Assembly (NCBI GenBank): GCA_965363935.1
Contig: CBDTVA010000001.1
Coordinates: 1 to 49,214, forward strand
DNA: 49,214 nt
From: an uncultured Gammaproteobacteria bacterium
Lineage (GTDB): Bacteria; Pseudomonadota; Gammaproteobacteria; GRL18
Direction of reading: 5' to 3'
The notes under the pieces were generated by a model. That model was not told where the DNA came from. It did not search any database and worked only from the letters and a program-made list of their open reading frames with translations. The translations under genes were made by a program, and so were the position numbers. Below, one piece after another: positions 45,703-49,214 of this stretch (within the stretch, counting starts at the first letter, position 1; each line of letters opens with the position of its first letter).

Positions 45703-46869
45703 ATGACTAATCCTATTGACAGAGATTTAATTCGTTCTTTATTTCTCAATGACGTTCCTCTTTTAGATGTGCGGGCACCGCTGGAATTTTCACAGGGCGC
45801 ATTTCCTGGAGCGGTCAACCAACCCCTGATGAATGATCAGGAGCGCCATGAGGTGGGCCTCCGTTATAAGCAGGCTGGCCAGGATGCAGCCATTAAACTG
45901 GGCAATAAACTGGTCAGTGGTAAAGTCAAACAACAGAGAATCGCACACTGGCAAGCTTTTGCCAAACAACATCCTGATGCGTATTTGTATTGCTTTCGAG
46001 GTGGCTTACGCTCCAGAACCACACAGCAATGGTTAAAAGAGAGCGGTGTTGATTTATCACTGGTGAATGGCGGGTATAAAGCCATGCGACGTGTGCTGCT
46101 GGATGAACTGGAACAGTCTGTTGCTGAATCCCGTTTTGTGATACTGGGTGGTAAAACTGGAACCGGTAAGACCTGGTTATTAAAACAATTGAGTCATGCT
46201 ATTGATCTGGAAGGTTTGGCAAATCACAGGGGTTCAAGCTTTGGTCGCTTTCCGGATGGACAGCCGTCACAAATTAATTTTGAAAACTGCCTGTCAATAA
46301 CGCTAATGAAACATCAAGCCAGAGGCATACAACAATTCTGGCTGGAAGATGAAAGTCGCCTGATTGGCAGTCTTACGCTTGCTCCGTCCCTACAAAAGAA
46401 AATGGCACAGGCACCGCTGGTTATGCTGGAGGAAGATCTGACGTATCGCATTAATGTCATACTCAAAGACTACGTTATTGATCTGGAGAACTATTACCAC
46501 AATTACTACCAGCCACAGACGCAAGCTGATGATCCTGTTGAGCAGTCCGGGACGTTTGAGCGGTCTGAGCCATTTGAACAGTTTGCCGAATATCTGTTGG
46601 CCAGCCTGGAGCGAATACAAAAACGTCTTGGCGGAGAGCTTTATCAGAAAATAAACCGATTAATGCTGCAGGCACTGGAAAAACATCGCGCCACTCATAA
46701 GGTTGATTTGCATCGCCACTGGATTGAATTATTATTAACCTGCTATTACGATCCGATGTATGATTATCAATTAGAAAAAAAACAAAATCGCATTATCTTT
46801 AGTGGCAATTCCCATCAAATTCTGTCCAATCAGAAAAAAATCCTTGATATGGATTCCTTTCCCTCCTGA
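45703..46869 (+). CDS. selU: tRNA 2-selenouridine synthase
   Basis: 388 aa. The rhodanese domain has LLDVRAPLEFSQGAFPGAVNQPLM and the active-site motif CFRGGLRS. The P-loop is GGKTGTGKT. It lies 7 nt downstream of selD. Confidence 0.9.
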   Translation: MTNPIDRDLIRSLFLNDVPLLDVRAPLEFSQGAFPGAVNQPLMNDQERHEVGLRYKQAGQDAAIKLGNKLVSGKVKQQRIAHWQAFAKQHPDAYLYCFRGGLRSRTTQQWLKESGVDLSLVNGGYKAMRRVLLDELEQSVAESRFVILGGKTGTGKTWLLKQLSHAIDLEGLANHRGSSFGRFPDGQPSQINFENCLSITLMKHQARGIQQFWLEDESRLIGSLTLAPSLQKKMAQAPLVMLEEDLTYRINVILKDYVIDLENYYHNYYQPQTQADDPVEQSGTFERSEPFEQFAEYLLASLERIQKRLGGELYQKINRLMLQALEKHRATHKVDLHRHWIELLLTCYYDPMYDYQLEKKQNRIIFSGNSHQILSNQKKILDMDSFPS

Positions 46870-47001
46870 ATTAAAAATGCCTCTTCGAAAATAAAACAGG
46901 AGTGAAAAGTCAAAAAGTTATTAGTTGATAATTAAATTAAAACTGACTACTCTATTCTAATAAATCTGTCCTATCTTTTTTCATACTCTATAGATTTTTA
47001 T

Positions 47002-48765
47002 ATGTTAAAAAGAATTTTTACGCCCTTATTATTTCTGATTTTTGCTTATTTTATTGTTTCCAGTGTTGATGCAAAAGTAATTATAGCCGGGATTGCAATT
47101 TTCCTGATTGGTATGCATTACATGGAAAACGGTTTTAAACTGTTTAGCGGTGGAGCATTGCAGACCATCCTTGCAAAATTTACCAGTACCACAGCAAAAG
47201 CAATTGCTACCGGTTTTCTGGCAACATCGGTGGTGCAAAGCTCCTCTCTGGTCTCGGTCATTATTATCTCCTTTCTTTCTGCCGAGCTCATTGGGCTGGC
47301 CCAGGCTATTGGCGTGGTTTTTGGTTCAAATATTGGTACCACCACAACGGCGTGGCTGGTGTCATCTTTCGGGTTAAAAATCAAAATCGCTCAATACGCA
47401 TTACCCATGTTGATATTTGGGGTAATAATGGGATTTTCCAAACACAACTCCTATAAGGGGCTTGGCAGTGTTTTAATTGGCCTGGGGTTTATTTTTCTGG
47501 GCATTGCATATATGAAGGATGGCTTTGAAACCCTCAAAGACGGACTGGATCTGGCTGAATATGCCATGGAAGGTTATTTAGGTGTGTTTATCTATATTTT
47601 GTTTGGAGCTGTTGCAACCGTCATTATCCAATCCAGCAGCGCCACCATGGCCATTATTATTACAGCACTGGCAACCGGACAAATTGATTATATCAACGCA
47701 CTTTCCCTGGCTATAGGGGCCAATGTTGGTACCACGGTAACAGCTGTTCTGGGATCACTGGCATCAAACAAAAATGGCAAACGCTTAGCAGTGGCACATT
47801 TTATTTTTAATATCACAACCGCTTTAATTGCCATTATTTTTCTTTACCAGTTAAAAGATCTGGTTGATGTGCTGGCATCGGTATTTTCCATTCCGAAGAC
47901 TGATGATGCCATGAAACTGGCTCTTTTTCATACCATTTTTAATGTCATTGGTGTCCTGGCTGTTGCCCCTTTTATTAAATATCTGGTGCGTTTTTTAGAG
48001 TCATTGTTCTGCGTAAAAGAGAATGGACGTGGCGAGCCTAAATATTTGACCAAAGAAGTGATGGAAATTCCTGCTTCAGCTTTGGAAGCCCTGAGAAAAG
48101 AAACCATCCATCTTTACGATAAATCACTGGAAGCCATTGTTCATGCAATGAACCTGCACCGGACTGAAATTTTTTCTGATGCAGAGGTTAATACAGTAGT
48201 TAAGCGGTCTGTTACAACCATTAAAGTCGATATTAATGAAATTTACCAGCAGGATATCAAAAATCTGTACAGTGAAATTATCCATTATGCGTCAATATCA
48301 CAGACCTATATGGATGAGGAAGGTAATGATAAAATCTACGAATTGAAATTAACGGCCAGAAATATTATTGAAATGGTCAAGGATGTTAGGGAGCTACAAA
48401 AAAATCTAAACTTTTTTACCAAAAGCAAGAATAACTTTATGATCAATGAGTATAATAAGTTACGCACAGAATTGGTCACTATTATGCGACGGATGCAGGA
48501 AATCAGAGAGTATGAAGGAGGAGAGGAGGATATTCTGACTCAGATAGAGGTTCTAAAAGCAAAGGCAAAGGATAATGAAAAGTTTTTGAATCAAAATATT
48601 GATACGTTGATTAGAGAAGATAAAATCGATTCAAAAATGGCATCCTCTTTGATAAACGATGTTGGATTTACTCATAGCATCTGTAAAAAAATACTCAATT
48701 CTGCTGCCACACTATGGGTGAAAGACAAAGAAATTAAACAACTGGGAGATGAATATGTCTATTAA
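47002..48765 (+). CDS. Na+/phosphate cotransporter family protein (NptA-like) with a PhoU-like C-terminal domain
   Basis: 587 aa. It has the duplicated Na/Pi-cotransporter motifs (..VQSSSLVSVI.. and ..IQSSSATMAII.., GSNIGTTTTAW / GANVGTTVTA) and a helical cytoplasmic C-terminus. Confidence 0.87.
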   Translation: MLKRIFTPLLFLIFAYFIVSSVDAKVIIAGIAIFLIGMHYMENGFKLFSGGALQTILAKFTSTTAKAIATGFLATSVVQSSSLVSVIIISFLSAELIGLAQAIGVVFGSNIGTTTTAWLVSSFGLKIKIAQYALPMLIFGVIMGFSKHNSYKGLGSVLIGLGFIFLGIAYMKDGFETLKDGLDLAEYAMEGYLGVFIYILFGAVATVIIQSSSATMAIIITALATGQIDYINALSLAIGANVGTTVTAVLGSLASNKNGKRLAVAHFIFNITTALIAIIFLYQLKDLVDVLASVFSIPKTDDAMKLALFHTIFNVIGVLAVAPFIKYLVRFLESLFCVKENGRGEPKYLTKEVMEIPASALEALRKETIHLYDKSLEAIVHAMNLHRTEIFSDAEVNTVVKRSVTTIKVDINEIYQQDIKNLYSEIIHYASISQTYMDEEGNDKIYELKLTARNIIEMVKDVRELQKNLNFFTKSKNNFMINEYNKLRTELVTIMRRMQEIREYEGGEEDILTQIEVLKAKAKDNEKFLNQNIDTLIREDKIDSKMASSLINDVGFTHSICKKILNSAATLWVKDKEIKQLGDEYVY

Positions 48766-49006
48766 GGAGATGATGGAGCAGTTAGATGATTTTTTTGACT
48801 TGTCCAAAAAGAAACAAAGTAAAAAACATGATAAATTATTAAAAATCATTAACTCACTGGAAGAAAAAAAATCTGAAATCAAAGAAAAAATAATAACTGA
48901 TTGTAAAAAAGATAAAAACAGCAAAAAAACTTATAATTTATGTAAGGAATTTAAAGTCATATCCAAACTGATAAAAAAAGCTAAAAAGCATGATGTTGCA
49001 GACTAA
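48749..49006 (+). CDS. Small Lys-rich hypothetical protein, start overlapping the Na/Pi transporter stop
   Basis: 85-aa ORF overlapping the upstream gene by 17 nt. It is highly charged and coiled-coil-like. No family was recognised. Confidence 0.35.
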   Translation: MNMSIKEMMEQLDDFFDLSKKKQSKKHDKLLKIINSLEEKKSEIKEKIITDCKKDKNSKKTYNLCKEFKVISKLIKKAKKHDVAD

Positions 49007-49214
49007 TGATCTGAATTGCTATAAATTATATTGACTCAGTTTAGAGCTGACATATTCATTATGAGGTTTCGATAAAATCTGACAAATAGTCTGCTTCGTG
49101 GTGGAAGCAGACCTTCAGTAAAATGCTGGTTTTGACCTTTTGCAGCAGTTCGACGCAATTGATATTAGTTCTCATGTATCCCGAAAGCCGACATTACTTA
49201 TTGTGAAGAAACTT

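Noticed and set aside
49139-49214. Open plus-strand frame from TTG at about 49139 to the window end (LQQFDAIDISSHVSRKPTLLIVKKL)
   Set aside because: It is only about 25 codons, with a non-ATG start and no recognisable motif. It cannot be supported from this window.

Overview
This is a 49.2 kb chromosomal window from a moderately AT-rich, Gram-negative genome that looks gammaproteobacterial. sqr, a DsrE-like gene and selD-selU hint at a sulfur-oxidiser lifestyle, but that is inference only. Most of the window is core metabolism, interspersed with metal, sulfur and selenium modules.

Gene order, left to right:
- A cobalamin-riboswitch-controlled btuB, cut by the window edge and absent from the ORF track.
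- A vapBC toxin-antitoxin pair and an Mth938-like gene.
- An alaC-hom-(unknown) operon.
- mfd on the opposite strand, bracketed by inverted copies of a ~70-nt REP-like element.
- thrC, a membrane protein and arsC.
- A 0.7-kb AT-rich, repeat-laden leader followed by a long, Sec-signal multicopper oxidase.
- Two Mip/FkpA-like FKBP isomerases flanking an unknown secreted protein.
- cusB carrying four tandem CPMH..CxxCGM metal-binding modules, then cusA, with no outer-membrane factor, cusF or regulator in view.
- A minus-strand string: P-loop ATPase, metA, modA, modB, modC, with a TAATG overlap between metA and modA.
- A secreted DsrE-like protein, two small ORFs and a RelA/SpoT-family enzyme.
- sqr, divergent from a cysteine-bearing sigma54 activator (FisR-like).
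- A 159-bp imperfect palindrome, a FimV-like protein and two M16 peptidases.
- selD fused to an FAD/NAD oxidoreductase domain, then selU.
- A Na/Pi cotransporter and a small Lys-rich ORF.

I recognised no rRNA, tRNA, CRISPR array, transposase or integrase. Short tandem repeats (12-21 bp units) recur in intergenic, signal-peptide and linker regions.

The most interesting candidates are the copper cluster architecture, the sqr/FisR-like pair, the selD fusion and the REP-like elements around mfd. All calls come from reading the sequence and from motif memory. No database search was run.
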